Part shown: positions 10,478 to 20,619 of the stretch, piece after piece | Layout: every line of letters begins with the position of its first letter | Numbering within the stretch: the first letter of the stretch is position 1 | Origin: a virus | DNA: 64,000 bases | Direction: 5' to 3' (one strand) | Virus record (IMG/VR): IMGVR_UViG_3300031774_000001 | The notes under the pieces: model-generated | The model's database searches: none | What the model was told of the DNA's origin: nothing | The model's input: only the letters and a program-made list of their open reading frames with translations | Translations under genes and position numbers: made by a program

Positions 10478-11514
10478 AAAGAGCATTAATAACAGGTATA
10501 ACTGGACAAGACGGCGCCTATCTTGCTAAGTTATTATTAGAAAAAGGATATAAAGTATTTGGTGGACAAAGACGAAGTACATCACCAAAACATTGGCGAT
10601 TAGATGAAATGGGTATTACAGACCAAATAGAGTTTGTTGAACTTGATGTAATAGACCAAGCAAACATAAGAAGAGCAATAGAAGAAACTAAACCAGACGA
10701 AGTATATAATTTAGCGGCACAATCATTTGTATGGTTATCATTTAAACAACCAGAACTTGCTACTCTAATAGACGCAATGGGTCCTTTAAGAATACTAGAA
10801 AGTATTAGACAAGTAAATCCTAAAATAAAATTTTATCAAGCAAGTACAAGTGAAATGTATGGAAAAGTATTTGAAACTCCACAATCAGAAACAACAAAGT
10901 TTTGGCCAAGGTCGCCATATGGTGTTGCAAAACTATATGCTCATCACATAACAATTAACTATAGAGAAGCATATAATATGTTTGCTTGTTGTGGTCTTTT
11001 ATTTAATCACGAAAGTGCTCATAGAGGTGAGGATTTTGTAACTAGAAAGATATCAAAAGGTTTAGCAAAATGGTTGAAAGATAGTACACCTATTGTTTTA
11101 GGAAACTTAACAGCAAAAAGAGATTGGGGACACGCCGAAGATTTTGTTAGAGGTATGTGGCAAATGCTACAACACGATAAACCAGATGACTATGTATTAG
11201 CAACTGGTAAAATTCATACAGTAAAACAATTTGCAGATATGGCATTAGATTATAAAGAGATAGAACACTATTGGAAAGATGATGAGTGTTTTACAAAAGA
11301 TAATAGATTAATTATAACAACTGATAAGAAACATTTAAGACCTGCCGAGGTTGATGTATTACAAGGGGATGCTAGTAAGGCAAAAAGAGTATTAGGTTGG
11401 GAACATAAACATAACGTGGAGAGTTTAATGAAAGAAATGGTAGACGCTGATTGTGATAGAATAGGTGCAGATAAAGAAATGAATTTATGGGATAGTCCAG
11501 AGAGGTGTATATAA
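10474..11514 (+). CDS. gmd: GDP-mannose 4,6-dehydratase
   Basis: ALITGITGQDGAYLA, YNLAAQS, YQASTSE, PRSPYGVAK, FNHES, FVTRKI, RDWGHA. Confidence 0.97.
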   Translation: MKRALITGITGQDGAYLAKLLLEKGYKVFGGQRRSTSPKHWRLDEMGITDQIEFVELDVIDQANIRRAIEETKPDEVYNLAAQSFVWLSFKQPELATLIDAMGPLRILESIRQVNPKIKFYQASTSEMYGKVFETPQSETTKFWPRSPYGVAKLYAHHITINYREAYNMFACCGLLFNHESAHRGEDFVTRKISKGLAKWLKDSTPIVLGNLTAKRDWGHAEDFVRGMWQMLQHDKPDDYVLATGKIHTVKQFADMALDYKEIEHYWKDDECFTKDNRLIITTDKKHLRPAEVDVLQGDASKAKRVLGWEHKHNVESLMKEMVDADCDRIGADKEMNLWDSPERCI

Positions 11515-12263
11515 TGGCTGAATATGTTTTTACTACAACATTTAATAGAAAACTTTATGATGACTATGCTCATCAATTAATTGATACGTTTGTGGCAACA
11601 AAGCAGTTAGCAATGATGTATGTTTTTGTTGAAGATAACCCTAATTTTTACCCTAAAGTAGATAGAGTACACTATTATAATATATTTGATTACGAACCAG
11701 ATTTAAAAGATTTTATTGAAAGAAATAAACATAGAAAAGCAAATACTTTTTATGAAGAAGCAATAAGATTTAGTTATAAAGTATTTGCTCAATCAGCAGC
11801 CAGAGCTAGGGGTGAGAAAATAATTTATGTAGATAGTGATTGTAAGTTTATGGATACAATACCTGGCGAATGGTATCAGCAATGTATACCAAATTTGAAT
11901 TTTTTATCATTTTATGATAGACCAAAACAATATACAGAAACAGGTTTACTTGCATTTAATACTAGTCCAAATGGTAATTATAGCATATGCAATAGGTTTT
12001 TTGAAGAATATAAAAATTGGTATGTAACAGATAAAGTATATTCAATAAACAAATTAGGAAAGAATTTTTGGACAGATTGCCATACATTGGACGCAACTAG
12101 GCAAATGTTTAAAGACGATCCCAATTATAGTGAAAGACCACTAGGGGACGGTGAAAACGGTCATATAATGGCAAGAGATAAGTGGCTTAATCCATATATA
12201 GACCATAGAAAAGGAAAAAGAAAATTTTCCTCAAATAGTCCAGAATGGAGAAAACATAGATGA
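11505..12263 (+). CDS. Putative GT-A glycosyltransferase
   Basis: RFSYKVFA, YVDSD (DxD), ETG, WTDC, DHRKG. Confidence 0.65.
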   Translation: MYIMAEYVFTTTFNRKLYDDYAHQLIDTFVATKQLAMMYVFVEDNPNFYPKVDRVHYYNIFDYEPDLKDFIERNKHRKANTFYEEAIRFSYKVFAQSAARARGEKIIYVDSDCKFMDTIPGEWYQQCIPNLNFLSFYDRPKQYTETGLLAFNTSPNGNYSICNRFFEEYKNWYVTDKVYSINKLGKNFWTDCHTLDATRQMFKDDPNYSERPLGDGENGHIMARDKWLNPYIDHRKGKRKFSSNSPEWRKHR

Positions 12264-12517
12264 CGGATAAAGATGAGTTACAAAAAGCGTTAGATGGTGA
12301 AATGGGTTTACCAACAGAAACATCTAGCGAACACGATAGAACTTATGAGAACGAAGGCGCTAGAGATTACAGTCCTATGGTTCAAATAAGTATTAAAGAA
12401 TATGATAAATTAAAAGAACAAAATAAGTATATTACAGACCCTACTTTGATTGGTATGATAGATAAGTTAGAGTTTTTTTTAAAAGAGTTGAGAAAACACA
12501 TAGTAAGAAAATTATAA
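12260..12517 (+). CDS. Hypothetical protein
   Basis: ATGA-coupled ORF. Confidence 0.6.
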   Translation: MTDKDELQKALDGEMGLPTETSSEHDRTYENEGARDYSPMVQISIKEYDKLKEQNKYITDPTLIGMIDKLEFFLKELRKHIVRKL

Positions 12518-13194
12518 TGATTAACATTTTTGTTGGATATGATAGTAAAGAAAAGGTAGCATTTAATGTACTTGCATATAGTATATTAAAGTATAGTACA
12601 AGACCTGTATCTATTACACCAATATATCTTCCTAATATAAAAGATAACTTTATTAGAGAAAGAAGTAATATAGAATCAACTGAATTTAGTTTTAGTAGAT
12701 TTATAGTACCACACCTTATGAATTATAAGGGTTGGGCATTGTTTATGGATTGTGACCAGTTAATGATGACAGATGTTGCTGAATTATGGAGATTACGTGA
12801 TGAGAAATATGCTGTCCAAGTATGTAAACACGATTATATACCAAGAAACTCAAAGAAGTTTTTAGGTCAAACACAAACAAAATATGAAAAGAAAAATTGG
12901 TCAAGTTTTATGTTAATGAATTGTGATAAGTGTACAGCATTAACACCAGATTACGTTAATACTGCTACAGGATTACAATTACATCAATTTAAATGGTTAG
13001 AGAACGATAGTTTAATTGGAGAACTACCATTAGAGTGGAATTGGTTAGTTGGGGAATATCCTCGTAAAGATGATGTTAAGAATGTTCATTTTACAGAAGG
13101 TGGACCTTGGTTTGTAGATTATCTACAATGTGATTATTCAGATGAGTGGCACACTCTTAAAAGAGAAACAACTGAAACGAATATGGTTAAATGA
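12517..13194 (+). CDS. GT-A glycosyltransferase (GT8-like)
   Basis: IFVGYD, STEFSFSRF, FMDCD, KNWSSFML, WNWLV, HFTEGGPW. Confidence 0.85.
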   Translation: MINIFVGYDSKEKVAFNVLAYSILKYSTRPVSITPIYLPNIKDNFIRERSNIESTEFSFSRFIVPHLMNYKGWALFMDCDQLMMTDVAELWRLRDEKYAVQVCKHDYIPRNSKKFLGQTQTKYEKKNWSSFMLMNCDKCTALTPDYVNTATGLQLHQFKWLENDSLIGELPLEWNWLVGEYPRKDDVKNVHFTEGGPWFVDYLQCDYSDEWHTLKRETTETNMVK

Positions 13195-13958
13195 TCCAGG
13201 GACTATTGACAAGACCAGCGACAGATGATATTGTACAAAATTTTGTTGAAAGTGCAAAAGGAACATTACATAGTGATGGACCTAATTTTGATACAGTAAA
13301 CTTTAGTGGAGATATTGCTTGTTTTGGTGTATTAAGAGGTACAAGTGAAGTTATGGCACAGGCGAATAATTTTTATTACTTTGACCACGCTTATATGTTT
13401 GGTAATAGACATAATAAGTCAAAAATATTTGGTGAAAGAATATACAGATTAACAAAGAACTTTCAACATATAAGAGAAATAAAAAAGTTGAAAGCAACAG
13501 ATAGACAAAGAATACAAAAGTATCAACCGTATATTAAATTAAAAGATTGGAAGTATAGTGGAGATTATGTATTAGTGTGTGATATATCTGAACACGCAAA
13601 AAAATTTTATGATAGAACTAATTGGTTAAATGAAACTGTAAAAGAATTAAAGAAACATACAAAAAGAGAGATTAGAGTTAGAAGTAAAGGCGCTAAAACA
13701 TCTTTTAAAAATGATTTAAAAAATGCATATGCAGTTGTATCATTTCAATCAACTGTATGTATTGACGCAATGATAAATGGAATACCAAGTTTTTGTGATA
13801 AATTATCAATGGGGCTACCAGTATCACTAGATGATTTAAGTTTAATTGAAGACCCATTATATCCAAGTAATAGACAAGCGTGGATAGAAAGTTTATTAGC
13901 AAATCAATTTACTATGACAGAAATAAAGAATGGAACAGCGTGGAGAAATATACAATGA
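13191..13958 (+). CDS. Polysaccharide-biosynthesis/GT-B-like protein
   Basis: YYFDHAY, AVVSFQSTVCIDAMINGIP, QFT..EI..G; paralog of 15540..16352. Confidence 0.55.
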   Translation: MIQGLLTRPATDDIVQNFVESAKGTLHSDGPNFDTVNFSGDIACFGVLRGTSEVMAQANNFYYFDHAYMFGNRHNKSKIFGERIYRLTKNFQHIREIKKLKATDRQRIQKYQPYIKLKDWKYSGDYVLVCDISEHAKKFYDRTNWLNETVKELKKHTKREIRVRSKGAKTSFKNDLKNAYAVVSFQSTVCIDAMINGIPSFCDKLSMGLPVSLDDLSLIEDPLYPSNRQAWIESLLANQFTMTEIKNGTAWRNIQ

Positions 13959-14032
13959 GATTAGGTATTGGCGCTTTATTTGTTTTCTTGTCAAGTATAT
14001 TTGCTTGGATAATGAAGAGGAAGAAAAGATGA
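13955..14032 (+). CDS. 25-aa membrane micro-protein MRLGIGALFVFLSSIFAWIMKRKKR
   Basis: ATGA overlaps at both ends, SD TGGAG, one TM helix plus basic tail; not in the ORF track. Confidence 0.6.
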   Translation: MRLGIGALFVFLSSIFAWIMKRKKR

Positions 14033-14514
14033 AAGTATTAAAAAGTAAATTATCAGATTTTTTTAAATGGGTAAAGGGTACTGAACTTGTTGAGTTAGAT
14101 AATATAGACGTATCGGAAGATCCAGTTAGACCTGAATTAACTTTAGGTTGGCGAATAACAAATGGTCGTAAGATATTTGGTTTAAAATATGATGATGAAA
14201 TTGAAGGTATTATGTGTATAGCATTTACTAATGATGTTCCTTCAAGTATAAAAGAACTAGATATTATGAGTGAGTTAGCACATTTAAAAAATGAAAAGAA
14301 AATTGCTATTGCATATACAGTATGGTCAAGAAAAAGAGGTGCAGGTAAAGAGATAGTAAATAAAGTATTAGAATATGCTAAAAAGAATAAAATTGAAAGA
14401 GTAATAACGTTGTCCCCATTAACACCTATGGCGACACACTTTCATATTAGAAATGGTGCAAAACAAATTAATATAAACGAGGTAACCCAAAATTTTGAGT
14501 ATGAGATTAGATAA
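14029..14514 (+). CDS. GNAT-fold putative acetyltransferase
   Basis: YTVWSRKRGAGKEIV acetyl-CoA-like motif, FHIRNGA. Confidence 0.6.
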   Translation: MKVLKSKLSDFFKWVKGTELVELDNIDVSEDPVRPELTLGWRITNGRKIFGLKYDDEIEGIMCIAFTNDVPSSIKELDIMSELAHLKNEKKIAIAYTVWSRKRGAGKEIVNKVLEYAKKNKIERVITLSPLTPMATHFHIRNGAKQININEVTQNFEYEIR

Positions 14515-15556
14515 CGAAATAAAATTAGATTACAAAGACGTATTATTAAAACCTAAAAGGTCAACATTATCATCAAGACGTGATGTAGAAATGACTAGGT
14601 CATTTACATTTAGAAATTCTGGTGAAACATATGAGTGTTGTCCAATAATAGCGTCTAATATGGATGGTGTTGGAACATTTAGTATGGCAAAAGTTATACA
14701 AGAGTATAAGATGATGACCACGATTACGAAGACAACAACACTAGAACAATGGAAAAAAGCAGTTGGGGAAGGTATTAAATTAAAATATCTATCAGTATGT
14801 ACAGGCACAGGTAAGTTATGGGATGATGACGCTGAAGATTATTCTACAATGCAAAAAGTATTGAAGAGTTATCCAGATGTTAAATTTATTACGATAGATG
14901 TTGCAAATGGATATCATACAAATTTTTCAGATTTTGTTGGTGCAGTTAGAGAAGAGTATCCAGATAAAACTATTATTGCAGGTAATGTAGTAACTGCTGA
15001 AATGACAGAAGAACTAATTATACAAGGTGCAGACGTAGTTAAAGTAGGTATTGGACCAGGTAGTGTATGTACGACAAGAACTATGGCAGGTGTAGGTGTA
15101 CCTCAATTTAGTGCAGTAGTAGAATGTGCTGACGCCGCTAATGGTGTTGGTGGTCATATTATTGCAGATGGTGGTTGTAATATGCCAGGAGATATTGCGA
15201 AAGCATTTGGTGGTGGTGCTCACTTTGTTATGTTAGGTGGTATGTTAGCAGGACACAATGAAAGTGAAGTAGAAAGTAAAAATGGTAGAAGAGAATTTTA
15301 TGGTATGTCTTCTGATAGAGCAAGAGAAGTACACGGAAAAAGAAAAGACGGTTATAGAGGTAATGAAGGACGAGCAGTTATATTACCAGATAGAGGACCT
15401 GTTAAAGAAACGATAGAAGATTTATTAGGAGGTGTTCGTTCAAGTTGTACATATATTGGTGCAAGACGATTAAAAGATATTCCTAAATGTGCAAGTTTTG
15501 TTAGATGTGTACAACCATTGAATACAGTATTTGAAGCATATGATAGTAACTCATAA
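14501..15556 (+). CDS. guaC: GMP reductase
   Basis: KLDYKDVLLKPKRSTLSSR, IDVANGY, KVGIGPGSVCTTR, FYGMSS, GGVRSSCTYIGA. Confidence 0.95.
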   Translation: MRLDNEIKLDYKDVLLKPKRSTLSSRRDVEMTRSFTFRNSGETYECCPIIASNMDGVGTFSMAKVIQEYKMMTTITKTTTLEQWKKAVGEGIKLKYLSVCTGTGKLWDDDAEDYSTMQKVLKSYPDVKFITIDVANGYHTNFSDFVGAVREEYPDKTIIAGNVVTAEMTEELIIQGADVVKVGIGPGSVCTTRTMAGVGVPQFSAVVECADAANGVGGHIIADGGCNMPGDIAKAFGGGAHFVMLGGMLAGHNESEVESKNGRREFYGMSSDRAREVHGKRKDGYRGNEGRAVILPDRGPVKETIEDLLGGVRSSCTYIGARRLKDIPKCASFVRCVQPLNTVFEAYDSNS

Positions 15557-16352
15557 TATACCTTGGGATAAATGTTTAAGTAAACAATTGTTTCCTGCTA
15601 TAGAAAAAGGATGGTCAAGTGAAGGCAGACCTACTCATTTCTTTTGGGGACTTGCAGGTAAAAATATAAAAGGTATAAGAGAGTGCATAGAGAAAAATGA
15701 AGAGTGGTGGTATGTAGATGTTGGTTATTTAACACAACCAATTACAAGATATCCAGAACCAATTATACACGATTACGATAAGACATATTTTAGAATATGT
15801 AAAGGTAATTTACATACGATAAGAGGTAAAGTAGGGCCTGGAACACGATTACAGAAACTAGAGCATCTTGGGATAGATGTAGATTTTAAAGGGTGGAATA
15901 CTGGAGAAACAACTCATATACTAGTAGCACCTTCTTCTCAAACAGTAACTTACCATATTAATGGAATAAGTCAAGACGATTGGATTAAACAAGTTACAGA
16001 AGAGATTAAGAAACATACAGATTTACCTATTAAGTTTAGAAACAAACCTAGACCTGGTAATGAGTGGTGGGATACTGATATAAAAGATGATTTAAAAAAT
16101 GCTCATTGTTTGGTAACCAATATGAGTTTAGCTGGTGTTGACGCAATATTAAATCAAGTACCTGTTATATGCCATCAAAGAAATGTATGCTCATTTATAT
16201 CATCAAAGGATATAAAGTATATAAAGAAACCTATGAGAGCAGGAAGAAAGACTGTAAATGAGTGGTTAAAAATGATTGCAGAAAATCAATTTACAATACC
16301 TGAAATTGAAGATGGAACTGCTTATAGAATATTACAGGAACAAAACGTATGA
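15540..16352 (+). CDS. Polysaccharide-biosynthesis/GT-B-like protein
   Basis: WWYVDVGY, RNKP, CLVTNMSLAGVDAILNQVP, QFT..EI..G. Confidence 0.55.
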   Translation: MIVTHNIPWDKCLSKQLFPAIEKGWSSEGRPTHFFWGLAGKNIKGIRECIEKNEEWWYVDVGYLTQPITRYPEPIIHDYDKTYFRICKGNLHTIRGKVGPGTRLQKLEHLGIDVDFKGWNTGETTHILVAPSSQTVTYHINGISQDDWIKQVTEEIKKHTDLPIKFRNKPRPGNEWWDTDIKDDLKNAHCLVTNMSLAGVDAILNQVPVICHQRNVCSFISSKDIKYIKKPMRAGRKTVNEWLKMIAENQFTIPEIEDGTAYRILQEQNV

Positions 16353-16867
16353 TAATTAAACCATTTGGAGAAGAAGGCATTTCTATGTTGCAAGGTAATA
16401 GAAAAGACGTTCCTATAACAGATTATATTTGTGCATTGTTAGAAGAAGAAGGTGGTGTTACACCAGGAGATTTTATAGAAGAGGTACAAAAAGCAACTAT
16501 TCAAAATGGAAAAATGAAAAGGGTTCCTTATAATGCAAAAGTAGTTGATTTAATTAATGATATAACATATGAATATGAATCAAAAAATAGAAGTATAAAA
16601 GAAGTATGGGCAGTTTTAATGAGAGAAGGAGATTTCCATATGCTACATAATCATCAGGAAGTTGGTGGTGTATCTGGTGGTCTTTATCTAAAAATACCTG
16701 AAGTGAAACAACCACAAGGTAATATAAATTGGGTATCAGATAATAAAGTGTTTAGTTGGAGTCCAAAAGATGGAGATTATTTTGTTTGGCCTTCACATTT
16801 AATACACGGAGTTTATCCTTTTAAAGGGTCAGGAAATAGGATAATGATTTCTTGGAATAGTGTATGA
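16349..16867 (+). CDS. Putative 2OG-Fe(II) oxygenase
   Basis: HNH, SGGLYL, WPSHLIHGVYP, RIMISWN. Confidence 0.8.
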   Translation: MIIKPFGEEGISMLQGNRKDVPITDYICALLEEEGGVTPGDFIEEVQKATIQNGKMKRVPYNAKVVDLINDITYEYESKNRSIKEVWAVLMREGDFHMLHNHQEVGGVSGGLYLKIPEVKQPQGNINWVSDNKVFSWSPKDGDYFVWPSHLIHGVYPFKGSGNRIMISWNSV

Positions 16868-17541
16868 TAAATTTTGTATGTGTATATTATGGAACAAAGT
16901 ATTCACTAGATTATGTACAAGTGCTATACAATATGGTACAACGACATTTAACTATACCACATAAGTTTATATGTTTTTCAGACCACGTAAAACCTCAAAA
17001 GATATTAACAGGAGATATAGAGTTTAGAAAGTTTAAAGATTCACATTATGAAGGTTGGTGGAATAAAATGCAACTGTTTAGAGAAGAGTCAGACTTAAAA
17101 GGTCCTTGTTTATATATGGATTTAGATGTAGTGCTTTTAGATAACATTAATGATTTAGCGACATTTGGTGATGATATGACATTTGGTGTAATAAACGATT
17201 TTAACATATTGACAAAAGAGTATAATTCAAGTATAATGAAATTCAATAATGAAGTTGCAACAGATTTAGTATGGAAACCATTTCTACAACAAAAGACAGA
17301 ATTGATGAAATTGCAAGGTGACCAAAACGCAATGTCAAAATTAGTAAAAGGTAGTCAATACCTAAAAGTTATGCCAGACGAATGGTCATATTCCTACAAA
17401 TGGTTCAGCAGACAAGACCCTAGATTTGATAAGAGTAAATGGACGTTTGAAAAGAAAGATAAAGCTAAGGTTGCAGTATTTCACGGTAGACCTTTTCCTC
17501 ACGAATCTACACAGGAATGGGTTAAAAAAGAGTGGAATTAG
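16864..17541 (+). CDS. GT-A glycosyltransferase
   Basis: GTKY, GWWNK..LF, YMDLDVV, NSSIM, GDQ, VFHGRP.PH. Confidence 0.8.
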   Translation: MINFVCVYYGTKYSLDYVQVLYNMVQRHLTIPHKFICFSDHVKPQKILTGDIEFRKFKDSHYEGWWNKMQLFREESDLKGPCLYMDLDVVLLDNINDLATFGDDMTFGVINDFNILTKEYNSSIMKFNNEVATDLVWKPFLQQKTELMKLQGDQNAMSKLVKGSQYLKVMPDEWSYSYKWFSRQDPRFDKSKWTFEKKDKAKVAVFHGRPFPHESTQEWVKKEWN

Positions 17542-17624
17542 AACAAAACTAGAACAAATATCTCTAAAAACCGCATAAAATAGTGTTTTATTTACTTGAC
17601 TTTTGAGTAAAAAACCTGTATAGT
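17541..17624 (+). promoter_or_regulatory. GAAC-N7-GAAC box plus sigma70 promoter
   Basis: GAACAAAACTAGAAC 17541-17555; TTGACT 17596-17601, 17 bp, TATAGT 17619-17624. Confidence 0.85.
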
Positions 17625-17635
17625 ATACGTATACT

Positions 17636-18097
17636 ATGAAAAAAAACACTATGAACAAATCAAAAAAAGTTAAATTAAATAAAGTAGACTATACTTTCAA
17701 CGTATGTTATTTAAGAGAGTATATGGATCCCGAACACGAAGGTGATTTTTTCTACGCATACGAAACAATCTACAGAAACGTTCCATACAAATATAAAGAT
17801 AAATTCAATACAACAAAAATGAAGTTTAAAATTCTTAAACATTGTGATTGGAATTATAAAGAAAATGCTAAGAACTTTGCAAATTCAACTAGAATTGAAC
17901 TAATTGACCAAGACCAATACTATCAAACATATGAACAAGTATTTGGTGATGTTGCAGATAACGATAAACATATGTTTAATGATTACGGACAATCTTACGA
18001 TACAAGACAATCTTTCAGAAAAGATTTTAATCCTAAATTAACATATAAATTAAACCCAATAAAAGCAAAAATAGAAAAAGCGAAAGGACTACACTAA
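17636..18097 (+). CDS. Early hypothetical protein
   Basis: First ORF after a strong promoter. Confidence 0.75.
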   Translation: MKKNTMNKSKKVKLNKVDYTFNVCYLREYMDPEHEGDFFYAYETIYRNVPYKYKDKFNTTKMKFKILKHCDWNYKENAKNFANSTRIELIDQDQYYQTYEQVFGDVADNDKHMFNDYGQSYDTRQSFRKDFNPKLTYKLNPIKAKIEKAKGLH

Positions 18098-18282
18098 TGA
18101 GTAAAGTAAAACAATGGGCTACAGACGAAGCCGAAAAAGCAGTTGACAAAATATTGTCAGATGTTAAAAGTAATATAATGAGTATTGATATTGCTAGAAA
18201 TAAAATAATGCAAGTTAATAATGTTAACTTAACAGGAATTGATGAGTTTAATGTTGACGAAGTAATAGCGGAGAATATATAA
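18097..18282 (+). CDS. Hypothetical protein
   Basis: SD AAGGA, TAATG coupling. Confidence 0.7.
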   Translation: MSKVKQWATDEAEKAVDKILSDVKSNIMSIDIARNKIMQVNNVNLTGIDEFNVDEVIAENI

Positions 18283-18749
18283 TGAGTGATTTAACAGACG
18301 TATATGTAAATAAAGACGATATCGGTAAAAACCTATATAGAAAAAAAACATACTATACATTATGCATTGAGCAAGATGTATTAGCAAAAGATAAAGATGA
18401 AGCAGATAAATTGCTTTCAGATTGCGGAATAGACCACTCAAAAATCAATAGAGAATTAACAGAAGAAAAAAACGGTGTTGAAACTTATATGACAGACGCC
18501 AATTATACAGATTCAGATACAACCAAGTATATTGCAAAAGTTGTTTATGATGACTATGACGGTTTAGAAAACGCCAAAGAAAACGGTGATGTTGAGTTAG
18601 ACACATATGCTTTAGAAGATGATACAATTGATCCAGAAACAGGAGAGTGTATGAGTAAACCACTTGATGATTTACACGAAGCATTAAATCCAAATAACAA
18701 ATATGTTTTAAAAGACGGTGAAGTAAAAATCGTGAAAGAGAATCAATAA
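18282..18749 (+). CDS. Acidic hypothetical protein
   Basis: SD GGAG, TAATG coupling. Confidence 0.7.
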   Translation: MSDLTDVYVNKDDIGKNLYRKKTYYTLCIEQDVLAKDKDEADKLLSDCGIDHSKINRELTEEKNGVETYMTDANYTDSDTTKYIAKVVYDDYDGLENAKENGDVELDTYALEDDTIDPETGECMSKPLDDLHEALNPNNKYVLKDGEVKIVKENQ

Positions 18750-18925
18750 TGGATAGTACACATTTAATATTTTTAGGAATTATCGGAATGCTTTTAACTG
18801 TAATTGGATTTGGTATTGCTTTCTATATTGGAAGTAAATCAAATAAAGTAGAAGTAAAATTAACAGAAGTACAAAAATCATTAAGAGATTTAAATAGAAT
18901 AAATGGAAGGGATGATACTGAATAA
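18749..18925 (+). CDS. 58-aa single-TM protein
   Basis: MDSTHLIFLGIIGMLLTVIGFGIAFYIG...; TAATG coupled at both ends; not in the ORF track. Confidence 0.65.
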   Translation: MDSTHLIFLGIIGMLLTVIGFGIAFYIGSKSNKVEVKLTEVQKSLRDLNRINGRDDTE

Positions 18926-19191
18926 TGAAATACAACGAAGATAAAATATTAAAAGAAGTTTTAGACTATGTAAAAGGTACATATTCAAAACACTATTCTA
19001 CTACTAAAGAAGGATTCCAAGTACAAGATTTATTAAGACATTTAAAGATAGATAAAGATTTCAGTTTATCAAATGCAATTAAATACCTTTGTAGATACGG
19101 TAAAAAAGAAGGTAAAAATAAATTAGATTTATATAAAGCAATACACTATATTGTATTGTTAATTAATAGTGAAGAAAACAATGGCAAATAA
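18925..19191 (+). CDS. DUF3310-like phage protein
   Basis: HY, NAIKYLCRYGKK, DLYKAIHY. Confidence 0.85.
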   Translation: MKYNEDKILKEVLDYVKGTYSKHYSTTKEGFQVQDLLRHLKIDKDFSLSNAIKYLCRYGKKEGKNKLDLYKAIHYIVLLINSEENNGK

Positions 19192-19447
19192 AACAATATA
19201 CGTAGAACTAAAAAAGAAAACTGTACAATCAGCATATAATCAAGTAAAAATGTTGAGTGATTTAGATTTTCCTAATTTTCAAAAAGGAGAACCTTTACAC
19301 AATTTAGTTATGGAAATTAAAAGAGATATAAAAAAACAAATGAAACAACCACCTGCTTGGAAAGAATTTTTAGAATTCTGGCCTTTGAGTATAGTTATTC
19401 CAGGTATGTTAATATTAATATTAATGGCAAATGTATTTCAATGGTAA
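19181..19447 (+). CDS. Hypothetical protein with C-terminal TM helix
   Basis: FWPLSIVIPGMLILILMANVFQW. Confidence 0.65.
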   Translation: MANKTIYVELKKKTVQSAYNQVKMLSDLDFPNFQKGEPLHNLVMEIKRDIKKQMKQPPAWKEFLEFWPLSIVIPGMLILILMANVFQW

Positions 19448-19815
19448 GTAATAAAATAATATACAACAATATGAATTTCTATTATGACGTATATAATTTA
19501 GATGTATCTATTTACGGTAAAGAGTGGAAACCAGTTGAGTATTTAAGTGATTCAGAAAGAAGAGAGAAAGTAAAACAACATATATTAAAAAAAGACTTAA
19601 CACAAAGAATAGGAGGAAAAAAGTATATGGCATTATTAACAGAAAATCAAACAATCAACGGATTTGATAATACAGCAGATGTATTAATCTCTATTAAAGA
19701 GAACGTTGAGAATAATAATAAAGAAACAGCGATTGATATGCTAAATCAATTAATTGATAATGAGAAGACAGAATCAGATATTGATGTTGCATTAAATCTA
19801 CAAAATGATGAATAA
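19441..19815 (+). CDS. Hypothetical protein (internal AGGAGG start at 19627)
   Basis: ORF track; likely start ATG 19441. Confidence 0.55.
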   Translation: MVSNKIIYNNMNFYYDVYNLDVSIYGKEWKPVEYLSDSERREKVKQHILKKDLTQRIGGKKYMALLTENQTINGFDNTADVLISIKENVENNNKETAIDMLNQLIDNEKTESDIDVALNLQNDE

Positions 19816-19919
19816 TCCCGCTATAGCAGACTATCAAAGCAGTTGGAAAAGCTCGCCAGCGACCCTGCTAGGGGCTTGGAAATGCAAAAAAGTGAGTAAA
19901 ATAGGGGTTATTTTAAGGA

Positions 19920-19948
19920 TTGACATTTCCAGAGTTTTATGTTAGTAT
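19920..19948 (+). promoter_or_regulatory. sigma70 promoter
   Basis: TTGACA-17-TAGTAT with TG extension. Confidence 0.75.
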
Positions 19949-19976
19949 TAATACAATTGAGAAAGGAACATACATT

Positions 19977-20351
19977 ATGAGTAGTGTAATATACAATAAA
20001 GAGAACATCTATAAAGAGTTTGATGTAGCAAAACAAAAAGACATTGAACTATCAGATAAAAAAACACCAGAAGAAAAAGAGAACGATATCCATACAAACA
20101 GGTTACAGTTTTGTAAAGACCATAAAGAACTAAATGAGAAAGACCCAGGTTTATACGATTGTGATATTAAGTGGGACAGTTTAATAACTGCTTATTCTTC
20201 ACCAAATCCTAGAGACCATTTCTATAAAAGTGTGTTCGGTAGAACTTATGCAGAACAAATGGCCTTTGAAACTTCTGAATCAGAATCAGATGACGGAGGA
20301 GAAGATTCGTATTATAGAAGTAGAAGAAAGAACAGAAACTACAAAAGATAA
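19977..20351 (+). CDS. Hypothetical protein
   Basis: SD AAGGA, downstream of promoter. Confidence 0.7.
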   Translation: MSSVIYNKENIYKEFDVAKQKDIELSDKKTPEEKENDIHTNRLQFCKDHKELNEKDPGLYDCDIKWDSLITAYSSPNPRDHFYKSVFGRTYAEQMAFETSESESDDGGEDSYYRSRRKNRNYKR

Positions 20352-20352
20352 T

Positions 20353-20598
20353 ATGTCAAAACCTAAATTTAAAGAAATTTTTGACCCACAACAAACCGTT
20401 TGTGATGACTTTCACGAATGGGTGAGATTAGAAACTGAAAAAGTTTCTGATCCCATTATGGTACATATGACAATATTGGGTCAAACATTAAAAATTATGA
20501 AGTCAGTAATGCCTAGTGCAGATTATGATGGAATAATGGAAACGGTTTATCAATCAAAAGATAGAATTGAACCGTTTAAGAAAGTAACTACACATTAA
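20353..20598 (+). CDS. Hypothetical protein
   Basis: Packed ORF, start reassigned to ATG 20353. Confidence 0.65.
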   Translation: MSKPKFKEIFDPQQTVCDDFHEWVRLETEKVSDPIMVHMTILGQTLKIMKSVMPSADYDGIMETVYQSKDRIEPFKKVTTH

Positions 20599-20619
20599 TA
20601 TGAGAGGAGTGATTTAATT

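Noticed and set aside
6400-17541. Host chromosomal contamination (deoD, gmd, guaC)
   Set aside because: Genes are overlap-coupled with phage-type ORFs and share the same GATC/CATG avoidance signature
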